Below, in pieces: positions 20,513 through 33,500 of a DNA stretch of 64,000 bases. The notes under the pieces were generated by a model. It saw nothing but the letters and a program-made list of their open reading frames with translations. It made no database searches and was not told the origin of the DNA. This stretch comes from Macrostomum lignano (Eukaryota), in assembly GCA_002269645.1 (NCBI GenBank), contig NIVC01003594.1, positions 1 through 64,000 of the forward strand, given 5' to 3'. Numbering within the stretch: position 1 is the stretch's first letter; every line of letters begins with the position of its first letter. Position numbers and translations under genes: made by a program.

Positions 20513-21704
20513 CCTATCCAATAAAAAATACAATAGTATTTCTAAACATATCAGTGGCTAGCATGTGTATAATGAATAATATGTTAAACGACATTATAAA
20601 GTTAACCATCGAAATTGAGCTGTGCTCACCTTCTCCTCCTCTTATTGATCACAAAATTCCATTTCCAGCTTAATTTACTTCACTGCCTCATGTAGTTGAA
20701 AAAACAGCTTATTAAATTAGTACCAGTCTTTTCCACTTTGATTGCTTTTATTAAAATTTTGTGCATCTCTTATGCAAGCTTAGCTTTATATTCTTGCCTA
20801 ATTGGTTTGTACTTTATTTAAACAATTTATTATCCAAAAAATCGGTGCAAAGCATTGTCTTCCAGTTGCTGAATGCTTTTAAGCAAAACGCTTTCAATAT
20901 CACTTTGGGTGCCACTTGTCTACTTGTCTACTGAGTAGTAGTAGTAGTTAACGCTTATTGTCATCTTGCTTCTTTTCTCCCGGAAGCTCAAATCTACTTG
21001 CTATTACGTTTTTTAGACTTGATTTCGACAGTGAATCGATTAAAATACTCGTAGTTCCCCAATCCGATATAACTGTTCTTGTTCTTGTCTCGGTCTTGTT
21101 TGTTATTCTGAACAAAGTTTACCCATGCTAACACGTTATTTAAACCAGTGTAGCATTAATTCGCATTGGCATATAGAAAATACACGACTGTTTTGGTATT
21201 TCGTATTGCTATTGACAGTGAGTCGAATCCTGTTGCTTCTGCGTTCTTACTTCTGTCTATGTTAGACTAAATGGGTTATGAAACGACCATTTTGTGATTG
21301 TCTTCAGAATAAAAGCTGAAATGGAAAGCTAGCATCTAGTAAGATATAGGGTGGAAAAGAAATAAGATAAGAACAGCTGAGCTGACGTATCACGCATTGT
21401 AATGAAATGCGTACGTTTCTCGGTGTGTATGTGTACGTTCCTGTTTTTTATACAAAGTATCTTCTTTGGTCCAGGGCCGAGGCCCCTCTAATGAGGGAGG
21501 CACTCCACGGCGCAACATTAGCAGCAGTAGAGGCTTAGAAGGACGAGAAATATGCAGTGAAAAAACCTACCCTCTATTTCTCTTCCTCTCCCCAACTGGC
21601 CCCAGTTTACTGTTTCATTTTCATGGGGTCTGACTCAGCCACCCCACTCCCCCAACCCCCTTTTGGAATAATATATGTACTTCGCCTTACAAGGTCGTAA
21701 ACAA

Positions 21705-21771
21705 GTCACGTGACTCCTTGTGTGTTGTTTTCAGTGTACAGTTTATTATTTAGGGCTAGGCCAACTATAAA
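21705..21771 (+). promoter_or_regulatory. Putative ALDH2 promoter: palindromic E-box GTCACGTGAC (21705-21714) and TATAAA (21766-21771), with a probable 80-nt 5'UTR intron at 21823-21902
   Basis: Motif matches at plausible spacing from an AAG|gtatat donor and a tttatatag acceptor 41 nt before the ATG. Confidence 0.5.
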
Positions 21772-21943
21772 CCCACCCCACCACCACCTCTTCCTCCACT
21801 TCCCGCGCTAAGTTAAAGCAAGGTATATTAGCGCTGTACCCTGTCCCCTACACTCTGTTCTTATAACCGCCTGCACACAGCTGTTTACTTGACTTTATAT
21901 AGCCTAAGGCTAAGCTAGAACTCTAAACTTGAGCGTGGAAGCC

Positions 21944-24900
21944 ATGCTATCCGCTAAGCTGAGCCAGTCTGTCCGCCTCCTCTTGCCCAGGGCCGCAGCG
22001 GCCGCCGCCCGCCCGCTGTCCGGCGGCCCGGCTATTCCGGAGCCGATTCGCCAACCCGAAGTGAAATTCAACAAACTATTCATTAACAACGAATGGGTTG
22101 ATTCGGTGTCTGGTAAAACGTTTCCAACTATTAATCCGGCTACGGGCGAGGTCATCACCCAGGTGGCCGAGGGTGACAAAGCCGATATTGACAAGGCCGT
22201 TGATGCGGCTAATCAGGCCTTTCGCTATGGCTCTGAATGGCGCCGAATGGACGCTTCTCAGCGGGGCAACCTCATGAACAAGCTTGCCGATCTAATGGAG
22301 CGGGACAAAGTCTATCTTGCGGTTAGTTAACTAGAAAATATAGGCTTGGGCATAATAGTTTAACTAAAATCTACATGGTTTAGTTTTACCCCTTTCGTAA
22401 AATGAACTCTTGTATCATTTATTTGTTTCTTTGACCCAGCCACTTTGTCTAGCTGGCGTACATCTAATTCTAATGCCTGACTTATTGTGTTACAGTCGCT
22501 AGAATCCTTGGACAATGGCAAGCCGTATCTGTTCTCTTACCTGGCTGACGTTGAGCTCAGCATTCGTTGCTATCGGTGAGTTTATTGCATCGAGTTGCTG
22601 CATTAGCCAGCAGCAGCAGGGTTGAGCTGCACGTTTTCAACTATTTTGCTTTTCAAACTTCTATACCTTGCAGAGTGGGGTTTGGGGCATTATCCAATTC
22701 TCGTATTGGCTATTCTTAAAGCTTGTGTTTGCAAGCACTATAGCCCTTTAATTGCGCTGTTTCCAGTGGGCCATCGTGCATTATGCATGATTAAATAGTA
22801 TAGACAGAAGAATTGCCATGTATATATGCATTGCATAACAATATGTGTTTAAATTAAAATATTGAGTGAGAATTATCACAAATTAGCTGCGTGCCACATG
22901 CTCCATCATGTACGCCACCTATGCTTGGCGCCCTATCAACCATGCTTGACGCCTCTATCACCCATGCTTGGCGCCTCTATCACCCATGCTTGGCGCCTCT
23001 ATCACCCATGCTTGGCGCCTCTATCACCCATGCTTGGCGCCTCTATCACCTATGCATGGCGCCCTTATCACCCATGCTTGGCGCCTCTATCACCCATGCT
23101 TGGCGCCTCTATCACCCATGCTTGGCGCCTCTATCACCCATGCTTGGTGCCCTTATCACCTATGCTTGGCGCCTCTATCACCCATGCTTGGCGCCTCTAT
23201 CACCTATGCCTGACGCCCCTATCACCGATGCCTGGCGCCCCTGTACCTATGCTTGGCGCCTCTATCACCCATGCTTGGCGCCTCTATCACCTATGCCTGA
23301 CGCCCCTATCACCGATGCCTGGCGCCCCTGTACCTATGCTTGGCGCCTTTATCACCCATGCTTGGCGCCTCTATCACCTATGCCTGACGCCCCTACCACC
23401 GATGCCTGGCGCCCCTGTACCTATGCTTGGCGCATTTATCACCCATGCTTGGCGCCTCTATCACCTATGCCTGACGCCCCTATCACCTATGCTTGGCGTC
23501 CCGGTCCCTATCACCCATGCTTGGCGCCTCTATCACCTATGCTTGGCGCCTCTATCACCCATGCTTGGCGCCTCTATCACCTATGCCTGACGCCCCTATC
23601 ACCGATGCCTGGCGCCCCTGTACCTATGCTTGGCGCATTTATCACCCATGCTTGGCGCCTCTATCACCCATGCTTGGCGCCTCTATCACCTATGCATGGC
23701 GCCCTTATCACCTATGCTTGGCGTCCCGGTCCCTATCACCGATGCCTGGCGCCTTTATCACCCATGCTTGGTTGATCTATTGAATCGTTAGATTAACTTG
23801 TTGAGGGCTTCTGGGCCTTTTATTGGTCTTTTATTACCTTGGATAATAAATTTACCATCTCCATAGTTACTACGCCGGCTGGGCCAACAAGAACCACGGC
23901 AAGACCATCCCGGTTGACGGCAACGCGTTCTGCTTCACCCGACACGAGCCGGTCGGTGTCTGCGGCCAAATTATTCCGTGGAATTTTCCTCTACTGATGC
24001 AGGCCTGGAAGCTGGGCCCGGCGCTCAGCATGGGCAACACCGTTGTGATGAAGACGGCTGAGCAGACTCCCCTTACTGGGAATTATCTTGCCCAGCTGGC
24101 CAAGGAGGCCGGATTTCCACCCGGCGTGCTCAATATTGTGCCCGGCTATGGGCCCACCGCAGGCGCAGCTCTGGCGCTGCACAACAAAGTTGACAAGGTG
24201 AGCCGCTGTTCGATGTAGTGATCCAAGATTTCATTATAAATAAGGTTGGAAATTGCCTGTCACCCAGCAGTATGCCAACCAACTGAGGATAAGTGGATAA
24301 CCAAGAACTAAGGATAAGTGGATAACCAACTGAAGATAAGTGGATAACCAACTGAGGATAAGTGGATAACCAAGAACTAAGGATAAGTGGATAACCAACT
24401 GAAGATAAGTGGATAACCAACTGAGGATAAGTGGATAACCAACTGAGGATAAGTGGATAACCAACTGAAGATAAGTGGATAAACAACTGAGGATAAGTGG
24501 ATAACCAACTGAGGATAAGTGGATAACCAACTGAGGATAAGTGGATAACCAACTGAGGATAAGTGGATAACCAACTGAGGATAAGTGGATAACCAACTGA
24601 GGATAAGTGGATAACCAACTGAGGATAAGTGGATAACCAACTCAGGATAAGTGGATAACCAACTGGGGATAAATGGATAACCAACTGAGGATAAGTGGAT
24701 AACCAACTGAGGATAAGTGGATAACCAACTGAGGATAAGTGGATAACCAACTGAGGATAAGTGGATAACCAACTGAGGATAAGTGGATAACCAACTGAGG
24801 ATAAGTGGATAACCAACTGAGGATAAGTGGATAACCAACTGAGGATAAGTGGATAACCAACTGAGGATAAGTGGATAACCAACTGAGGATAAGTGGATAA

Positions 24901-26433
24901 CCAACTGAGGATAAGTGGATAACCAACTGAGGATAAGTGGATAACCAACTGAGGATAAGTGGATAACCAACTGAGGATAAGTGGATAACCAACTCAGGAT
25001 AAGTGGATAACCAACTGGGGATAAATGGATAACCAACTGAGGATAAGTGGATAACCAACTGAGGATAAGTGGATAACCAACTGGGGATAAATGGATAACC
25101 AACTGGGGATAAGTGGATAACCAACTGGGGATAAATGGATAACCAACTGGGGATAAGTGGATAACCAACTGGGGATAAGTGGATAACCAACTGAGGATAA
25201 GTGGATAACCAACTGAGGATAAGTGGATAACCAACTGGGGATAAGTGGATAACCAACTGGGGATAAGTGGATAACCAACTGGGGATAAATGGATAACCAA
25301 CTGAGGATATGTGGATAACCATCTGAGGATAACAATATCTAGGTTTACAAACCAAAAACATGCTTACTCCCTGAATAAAGGATAACAATAGGAGAAAGGT
25401 TGTTAAGCCAGCCATATCTTTTAATCCTTTCGTTAATCCTTTTGATTACCTGAACACAAGTGTCTCTTGAATGTAAAAATAGCCTGAAGTCACAAGCAGC
25501 AGGCGTGGCAAATCCATCAATTCCTAATTCGCTTCCCTCACCCTCCCCCCCCCCATCCAGCTGGCCTTCACCGGCAGCACGGAGGTCGGCCGCCTGATCC
25601 CGCAGTACGCCGGCCAAAGCAATCTGAAGCGCGTCAGCCTCGAGCTGGGCGGCAAGAGTCCCAATGTGATCTTCTCCGACGCTGATCTTGAGTACGCCGT
25701 TGAGAAGTCGCACTTTGCTCTATTCTTCAACCAGGGCCAGTGCTGCTGCGCCGGCAGTCGCACCTTTGTTGAGGAGTCCATCTACGACAAATTTGTCGAG
25801 ATGAGCGTCGAGCGGGCCAAGAAGCGTCTGGTTGGCGACCCTTTCAATCTCAACACGGAACAGGGACCGCAGATCGACCAGGAGCAGATGGGCAAAATTC
25901 TTGAGTTGATCAAGAGCGGCAAGAGCCAGGGTGCTAAGCTGCTCACTGGCGGTGCTCAGCACGGCGATAAGGGCTACTTTGTGCAGCCGACCATCTTCTC
26001 CGATGTCCAGGTTGGCTGATTTGAACTGCTTGACTATCTTGACTGGCTGACAGTAAAGGCAGCTTTGAATTTCCTAACCAAATTGCTATCCAAATCCCAG
26101 GACGAGATGCGCATCGCCCAGGAGGAGATTTTCGGCCCGGTCATGCAGATCATGAAGTTCAAATCTGTCGACGAGCTGATCGAACGCGGCAACAAGACCA
26201 TCTACGGTCTGGCAGCCGGCATCTTCACCAAAGACCTGGACAAGGCCATGCACGTCAGCCAGGGCCTGCGCGCTGGCACCATCTGGATCAACGAGTTCGA
26301 TCATTTCGACGCCGCCGCTCCATTCGGCGGTTTCAAGATGTCCGGCAACGGCCGAGAGCTGGGCGAGTACGGCCTGGAGGCCTACACCGAGATCAAGTGC
26401 GTCATGATACGCCTGGCCGAGAAAAATAGCTAA
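21944..26433 (+). CDS. ALDH2: Mitochondrial aldehyde dehydrogenase (ALDH2-like), join(21944..22321,22496..22575,23867..24197,25561..26010,26101..26433), ~523 aa
   Basis: Arg-rich, acid-free N-terminal presequence. Motifs [36 protein letters not shown] (catalytic Glu), [12 protein letters not shown] (catalytic Cys), EEIFGPV and [19 protein letters not shown]. All junctions are GT-AG and phase-consistent. Confidence 0.95.
22905..23770. repeat. ~22-bp minisatellite in ALDH2 intron 2 (CTTGGCGCCTCTATCACCCATG)
   Basis: Direct periodicity. Confidence 0.95.
24283..25330. repeat. 22-bp minisatellite in ALDH2 intron 3 (GATAAGTGGATAACCAACTGAG)
   Basis: Direct periodicity. Confidence 0.97.
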
Positions 26434-26868
26434 ATCTGTTAATGAACATGTTCGAGCTGCAGACATTAGAAACATTGAACTAGATATTAGATAAGTCAAA
26501 TGACTACTTTCGATTGGGCGTCTACTCGGAGTTTTTTGGCTAAATTTGTGCACCGAAGTACTGGTAATATATATAGACTAAGGCTAGGCCAATTTATCTG
26601 AGGACTAGACTGACTGTAGGATGCTATGTATAACTCCTGTGTCCTCCCTGTAAATTTCTATTGGCTGGCTCCTTTATCGATCGCTTACCCCCTCCTAGCT
26701 CAACCCCCCTCCGGCTGCGTCCGCCTTCCACGCGCAAACCAATAAACCCCATTCCTCCCTGCCCCGTTTATTCCCCTTGTCAAGCCATGTATGTACATTC
26801 TCAGTGGCGCTTGTGAATGTACATTATGACTGCACCCTGTAACAAGCTGCTTACGCTCTTCACGCGTG

Positions 26869-29032
26869 CCCGGTTAAAAAAAAGACGGTCGCCAAAATGG
26901 CTTGCGACTGTTCATTCCGCGACCGTTGGTCGACCGTATGTCGACCGTTCGTCGACCGTTGCCTGTCACGCGTCGACCGTTGATTTTCGACCGTCGTTTT
27001 CGTCGACCTTTGCGACTAACAATGCGACCGTTTGGGGACCTACTCCTGTGACCGTTCCTGCGACCGTCCATCGACCGTTCCCACGACCGTCCATCGACCA
27101 TTCCCGCGACCGTCCATCGACCGTTCCCACGACCGTCTATCGACCGTTCCCACGACCGTCTATCGACCGTTCCCGCGCCCGTTCCTGCGACCGTCCATCG
27201 ACCATTCCTGCGACCGTCCATCGATCATTCCTGCGACCGTCCATCGACCGTTCATCGACTGTTCCTGCGACCGTTCATCGACCGTACCTGCGACCGTTCA
27301 TCGACCGTTCCTGCGACCGTTCATCGACCGTCCATCGACTGTTCATCGACCGTTCCTGCGACCGTTCATCGACCGTTCCTGCGACCGTTCATCGACCGTT
27401 CCTGCGACCGTTCCTGCGACCGTTCCTGTGACCCGTCCTGCGACCGTTCGTCCTCCTTTCATCGACCGTTCAGCGACTGTTTGGATTGCTCCGGCGACCC
27501 TTCGTCGCCCTAGATCGTATTGTGTTCTAAAAGTCTAAAAATGAAAAAAAGCGTGTAAAGACGGAAACTTTCTTTCGCTACTAATTATTACTTTCGACAA
27601 ATTGAAGATTTAACGCGTCGAAAATGTAGGAAGCGTAGACAGTGTAGACATTCTTCCCTGTTTATTTTCTACTTTTTGTTATCAATAATACCAAAAAACA
27701 AAAACATTTGCGTATATAAACGAAGCGCATAAAGGAACAAATGCCAAAGGAGTGACAGAGAAGTGGCCAGACGGAGGGGAGAGATGAAATTGTAAGATGG
27801 GTATTTTAGGTTAATGCAGTGCTAAATGCTAAACGCCCAGGCGCATGTGTCTCGCATTTTCGGAAACTGCACGTTCAAATTCGTGTGAGCAAGTAATTAA
27901 TAGCTACATACTTCACGCTGCTCGCGAACATTTGTGACACTAATTATAACTACTGCTTTAACTGCTATAACTGCTACTGCTATAACTATAACTATTGCTG
28001 CTGCTATTTTACCCACCACGGCTGCTCCGTGTTGGGCAAGTAGCATAAATTTTTAAATATCGAGCTGGTGCTAGATTTAATGTAGGTGGAGTAAGGGAAA
28101 GAAAAAACTGGTGCTCACATTGCCCAAGTAGGAAATTGCCACGAGCAAGTGTTAGTTTAAGTAGTAAAAAAATAATTCATTTTTTCAATAACTTGCCACA
28201 CACTGAAGCTGCTGCACTTGTTGCCGTTTCGTTGTTGGTTTATTGTGCTGTTCTAGATGAATAAATACATTCGTCACATATATGGAATTCCATCATCTAT
28301 GGTAGTGTCACTGAAAGGTGTGGAATAATGGCCACATCGATTAATTATTGCTTCTGGCTAAAAGTATACATACAATGAGAGAACACAAGCGTCAGGTAAA
28401 ATGCACAGGTTCGTATAATGGAACAACAAATGTAATTAAGTAGTTGGGCTCCGTAGTAGGATGGGATAAAGCTAGGATAGGCGTGAAACCGTGGTGGGAA
28501 AAACGGTCGAAAGAGTGGTCGATAAAACGGTCGACGGACGGTCGACGAAACGGTCGACGGACGGTCGACAGAACAGTGGACAGAACGGTCGACAGATGGT
28601 CGCAGAGACGGTCGCCGAGATGGTCGACAAGACGGTCGACAGAACGGTCGGCAAGCCGGTCGGCAAAACGGTCGACAAAACGGTCGACAGACGGTCGACA
28701 GACGGTCGCAGAGACGGTCGCAGAGACGGTCGCAGACAAGGTCGCAGAGATGGTCGAAGTAACGGTCGCAGAGACGGTCGCAGAAGAACGGTCGCAAAAA
28801 CAGTCGACGGAACAGTCGCTACCAACGGTCGCATGCCACGGTCGCAAGAATTAGTCGCACAGTCGCACACATCGACCGTGCAGAATGGTCGACTACTCGG
28901 TCGTTCACATGGTCGCATCCGGCGACCGTGCTTAACGGGCGCTGGAATGGTCGCAATAATAGTCGACGCCGGCCATCACGGTCGCAGGACGGTCGAGGGC
29001 CCTGAAATGCGACCGTTATTTTTTTAACCGGG
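26869..29032. mobile_element. Non-autonomous TIR DNA transposon (2164 bp): CCCGGTTAAAAAAA...TTTTTTTAACCGGG ends, 3-bp TSD GTG, long subterminal CGACCGTT arrays in opposite orientation in the two arms
   Basis: GTG at 26866-26868 and 29033-29035. Arms ~26900-27510 (CGACCGT) and ~28490-29020 (ACGGTCG), with an AT-rich non-coding centre. No transposase ORF. Superfamily uncertain (CACTA/EnSpm-like architecture). Confidence 0.82.
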
Positions 29033-29747
29033 GTGGCTTTAAAATTTAGAAAGTCATGCGCGTTCATATGCCCAAAAGAAAGTAGTCTAAGTGTACTTTT
29101 ATTAATTTGAGTTTCTGAGTGGTACAGCTAGTAGTGTTTCTAATTACTATGCTTCGACCAAAACAAAAGATTGTGTCGCTTTAATAAAACAAAAACTATT
29201 TATGAGTATAATCTCATAATTCTTGCCTTCTGTATTAAATTTTTACTATAAAACCATACTCATTGGGAGGATTTTTTACAATGAAGTAACTTGTTTTGGG
29301 ACTCAAATATTTAATTTTATGTTTTTTATGATTCATTTTCTCATTCAAAATTCAAAGGTTTTGTGTTCCGGTGTTTTGTTATTACAGTGGCTGCTCACTC
29401 AAATGTACTGAACTGTCTGCTGACTTTTCTCCACATTAATATTGGCTGGTGTAATCTCACGTGTTCAAATAAAAAGTTTTATTGTCCTATTGGTTGATTT
29501 AAACTGTCATTAAATATGAGTTTCGTCTTTAAAGCTTTCTTGCTTTTTGATAGAGTGAATTAAGTACTTTGAAGGCAGGTAGGTAACCCTGTGCTCAGGC
29601 TTAGGGTGGACAAAATATAATTTAGTCATTATCTATATGACTGTTAGCATTGATGATAATATGAAGTGACAGCATCCTTCGCTATAGTAGTTGCTGGGCC
29701 ACGGTCCTCCCAGATTGCCAGGGCTAGATTACCATCACCCTCGCAGA

Positions 29748-30478
29748 TCTTCAGTTGCTGGGCCAGCCTCCCAGATCCTCAGTTGCTGGGCCAGTCTCCC
29801 AGATCCTCAGTTGCTGAGCCAGCCTCCCAGATCCTCAGTTGCCATCCTCCCAGATCCTCAGTTGCCAGCCTCCCAGATCCTCAGTTGCTGAGCCAGCCTC
29901 CCAGATCCTCAGTTGCTGAGCCAGCCTCCCAGATCCTCAGTTGCTGAGCCAGCCTCCCAGATCCTCAGTTGCTGAGCCAGCCTCCCAGATCCTCAGTTGC
30001 TGAGCCAGCCTCCCAGATCCTCAGTTGCTGAGCCAGCCTCCCAGATCCTCAGTTGCTGAGCCAGACTCCCAGATCCTCAATTGCTGAGCCAGCCTCCCAG
30101 ATCCTCAGTTGCCATCCTCCCAGATCCTCAGTTGCCACCCTCCCAGATGCTCAGTTGCTGAGCCAGCCTCTCAGATCCTCAGTTGCTGAGCCAGCCTCTC
30201 AGATCCTCAGTTGCTGAGCCAGCCTCCCAGATCCTCAGTTGCCATCCTCCCAGATCCTCAGTTGCCACCCTCCCAGATCCTCAGTTGCTGAGCCAGCCTT
30301 CCAGATCCTCAGTTGCTGAGCCAGCCTCTCAGATCCTCAGTTGCTGAGCCAGCCTCCCAGATCCTCAGTTGCTGAGCCAGCCTCTCAGATCCTCAGTTGC
30401 TGAGCCAGCCTTCCAGATCCTCAGTTGCTAGGCCAGCCTCCCAGATCCTCAGTTGCCATCCTCCAGATCCTCATTTGC
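29748..30478. repeat. 28-bp minisatellite (CCTCCCAGATCCTCAGTTGCTGAGCCAG) upstream of the first RINT1 coding exon
   Basis: Direct periodicity. Confidence 0.96.
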
Positions 30479-30583
30479 TGGGCCACCACCGCCCTCCCGA
30501 TCATCAGTAGTGAGATTTTGGCGCCAGTTAAAATTGAAGATCAGCTCAAACAAAACAAAAATTGGTGCTCTTTGTGTCCCCAG

Positions 30584-33500
30584 TCGCAGTCGCTAACCGC
30601 CCCGATCCCGGCCGCTCTGGCTGCCGAGCTGGCCAAGCAGCTGAACGATCGGCTGCCCACCGTGGAGGCGGTCCGCGAGCTCGCGCCCGGCCTGCTGCGC
30701 GAATCCGCAGAACGGCTGGACCTGCTGCGCAAGCAGGCCCGTCTGCACGACTGCACGCGCTACGGACAGGCCAGGCTGGCCTGCCGGCAGCTGCAGGCCG
30801 AAGTTGCCGAACTGCTGCAGCTGCACGCACAGCTCGCCGACCGCTGCCAGCGTCAGCTGGACAACTGCCGACCGCTGCTGGTCGACGGCGGCCTAGCGGA
30901 GCGGGCGGCCGAGCTGGACTTGGCCGAGGCGCGGCTGGAGGCGATGAAGCTTCGAGAACAGCTGGAGTGCCAGGTGAGCTGGCAGAATTGTGTCCGGTTG
31001 CTCCTGTGCTAGATGCATCTAGTTGATATAGTGTCCTAGATGTGTCCGGTTGATTGTGTCCTAGATGTGTCCGGTTGATTGTGTCCTAGATAGATGTGTC
31101 CGGTTGATTGTGTCCTAGATAGATGTTTCCGCTTGATTGTGTCCTAGATAGATAGATGTGTCGGGTTGATTGTGTCCTAGATAGATAGATGTGACCGGTT
31201 GATTGTGTCCTAGATAGATAGATAGATGTGTCGGGTTGATTGTGTCCTAGATAGATAGATAGATGTGACCGGTTGATTGTGTCCTAGATAGATAGATGTG
31301 TCCGGTTGATTGTGTCCTAGATAGATGTGTCCGGTTAATTGTGTCCTAGATAGAGAGATGTGTCCGGTTGATTGTGTGCTAGATAGATCGATAGATGTGT
31401 TCGGTTGATTGTGTCCTAGATAGATGTTTCCGCTTGATTGTGTCCTAGATAGATAGATAGATGTGTCGGGTTGATTGTGTCCTAGATAGATAGATGTGTC
31501 CGGTTGATTGTGTCCTAGATAGATCGATGTGTCCAAAGCTGTCAGGAGCCAAACCCAGTGACCCTCCGCCCGCAGGCGAGCGCGGTGCAGGCCGCCCTAG
31601 TCACTGGCAGCTTCGACCGGGCCGCCGAGCAGTTCCGCCGGCTGGCCCTGATGCGCCGCGATCTCCGGCCGCCGGATCGCCTGCCCGAAGCCGAAGCTGC
31701 CGAGCTCCGCTCGGACGCCGAGGCCAGCCTGGACCACTGGGCCAACCAGCTGCGCCGGAAGTTTAGCGCCGAATTCGCCGCTGCCGTGCGCGCCATTGGC
31801 TGGCCGTTTAACAGCGGCGGCTCGACCGGTGGCGGTTCCGCCGACACCTCCACTCCGGTATCCGCTTCCGGTTCCGCTTCGTCCGGCACTTCCGGTAGCA
31901 GCGGCGGCAAAGAGAGAGACTTTGTGGTGAGCTTTCGCCGATTCGCCCAGCTGCAAGTTCCTGCCGAGGCTTCCGGCCGGTCGCTACCGCCTCTGGAGGT
32001 GATGCTGGAGCCGTTCCGAAAGAAATTCGCCTTCCACTTCTCTGGAGATCGGCCGACTAACGATCCGGCCAGGCCGGAGATCTTCCTCACGCAGGTGCGA
32101 TTATTAGCAGGTGGTTTTAGATTGGATAGGAGCATGGCGGAACCCACGAAAGGAGCCGAGAGGAGGGTAGCGGAGTCCACCAAAGGACCCGAGAGGAGGG
32201 CAGCGGAGCCCACCAAAGGACCCGAGAGGAGGGTAGCGGAGCCCACCAAAGGACCGATATTCCTTTGCGGCGTTTCCAACATCCGGCATCAGAAGTAGAG
32301 AGAATTAGTGGCGTCCACCAACTTTTAAAGTAAAAATGAAGATTTTATATAGGGTGGTAATTGTCTGTCGCATAGTTTTAAACCCCGCAATCACTGTTAA
32401 CTACCGCCAGGTGCTGAAATGGATCAAAGAGCACGACGCCTTCCTAGGCCAGGTGGTGCAGCCCTGCCTTGATCAGGTTGGCATGTCCGCTTGGGACGTG
32501 CGCGAAGAATTCGCATCCGGCCTGATGGAGCTGGTCAAACGGAAGCTGGGCCAGTTGTTGGAGCAGTACAGGTAGAAGTTCGCTCTGGCTCTATTTTGGG
32601 GCTTGTGCACGAATAATTGTCGTGTGGGTTGTCCTACAATTCACACCTATGAGGCCCGACCCCTAAGCACAGGGTGTTTCTGACAATTATAAAATAGGGC
32701 GATGTCCAGGGAAATCGTATAATGATGCTAAGCAATGATTCGCTAAATTTTCCAGAGAGCTGCCCGACAAAGAGGAGGCTGACCTCCGCTTGGCGCACCT
32801 CATCAACGAGCTGCTGGCGCTGGACCGGGAGCTGGCCGCAGTCGGTCTGCCCTCGGCCGCTGCCACCGTCGGCAGCGTGCTTGGCGAGCCGCGCTGGCTG
32901 GCCTGGTGGGAGGGCCTGGAGGCCAAGTTTGCCCAGGCCCGCCTGGACGAGATCCTGCTGGCTGGCGACGCCTGGAGCCCCGCTGGCGGCGTTGAAGACT
33001 CGTCCTCGTCCTCGTCGGCGGCGGTGCCGCAGTGCGCGGAGGCGGTGATGGCGCTGGTGCAGGCGCTGGGCGGGCGGGCCAACCTGCTGCGCACCGACCT
33101 GCACAAGCGGGCCCGGCTGTTCCGCGTGCAGCTGGACGTGCTGGAGGACTTCCGGGTTCGACTGCGGCAGGTGAGCAGCGCCCGGAGTGACTGGCTGTGC
33201 CCGGAGTGACTGGCTGTGCCGGAGTGACTGGCTGTGCCGGAGTGACTGGCTGTGCCCGGAGTGACTGGCTGTGCCCGGAGTGACTGGCTGTGCCCGGAGT
33301 GACTGGCTGTGCTGGAGTGACTTGCCGTGCCGGAGTAACTGGCTGTGCCGGAGTGACTGGCTGTGCCGATCAGGCTTTATGACCTATTGCGCCTTTACTA
33401 TGAGTAATTGTGCCGATGGTGCCATTGTATGGCCAATTGTGCTATTTTATGACTGATATGTGTAATTATATGATCAAAAGTGCTTTTCCGACCGGCTGTG

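Noticed and set aside
32095-32298. RINT1 exon-2 ORF extension with AEPTKGPERR repeats
   Set aside because: Read-through into an intron containing a 33-bp repeat; homology resumes only after the donor at 32095 and the acceptor at 32410.
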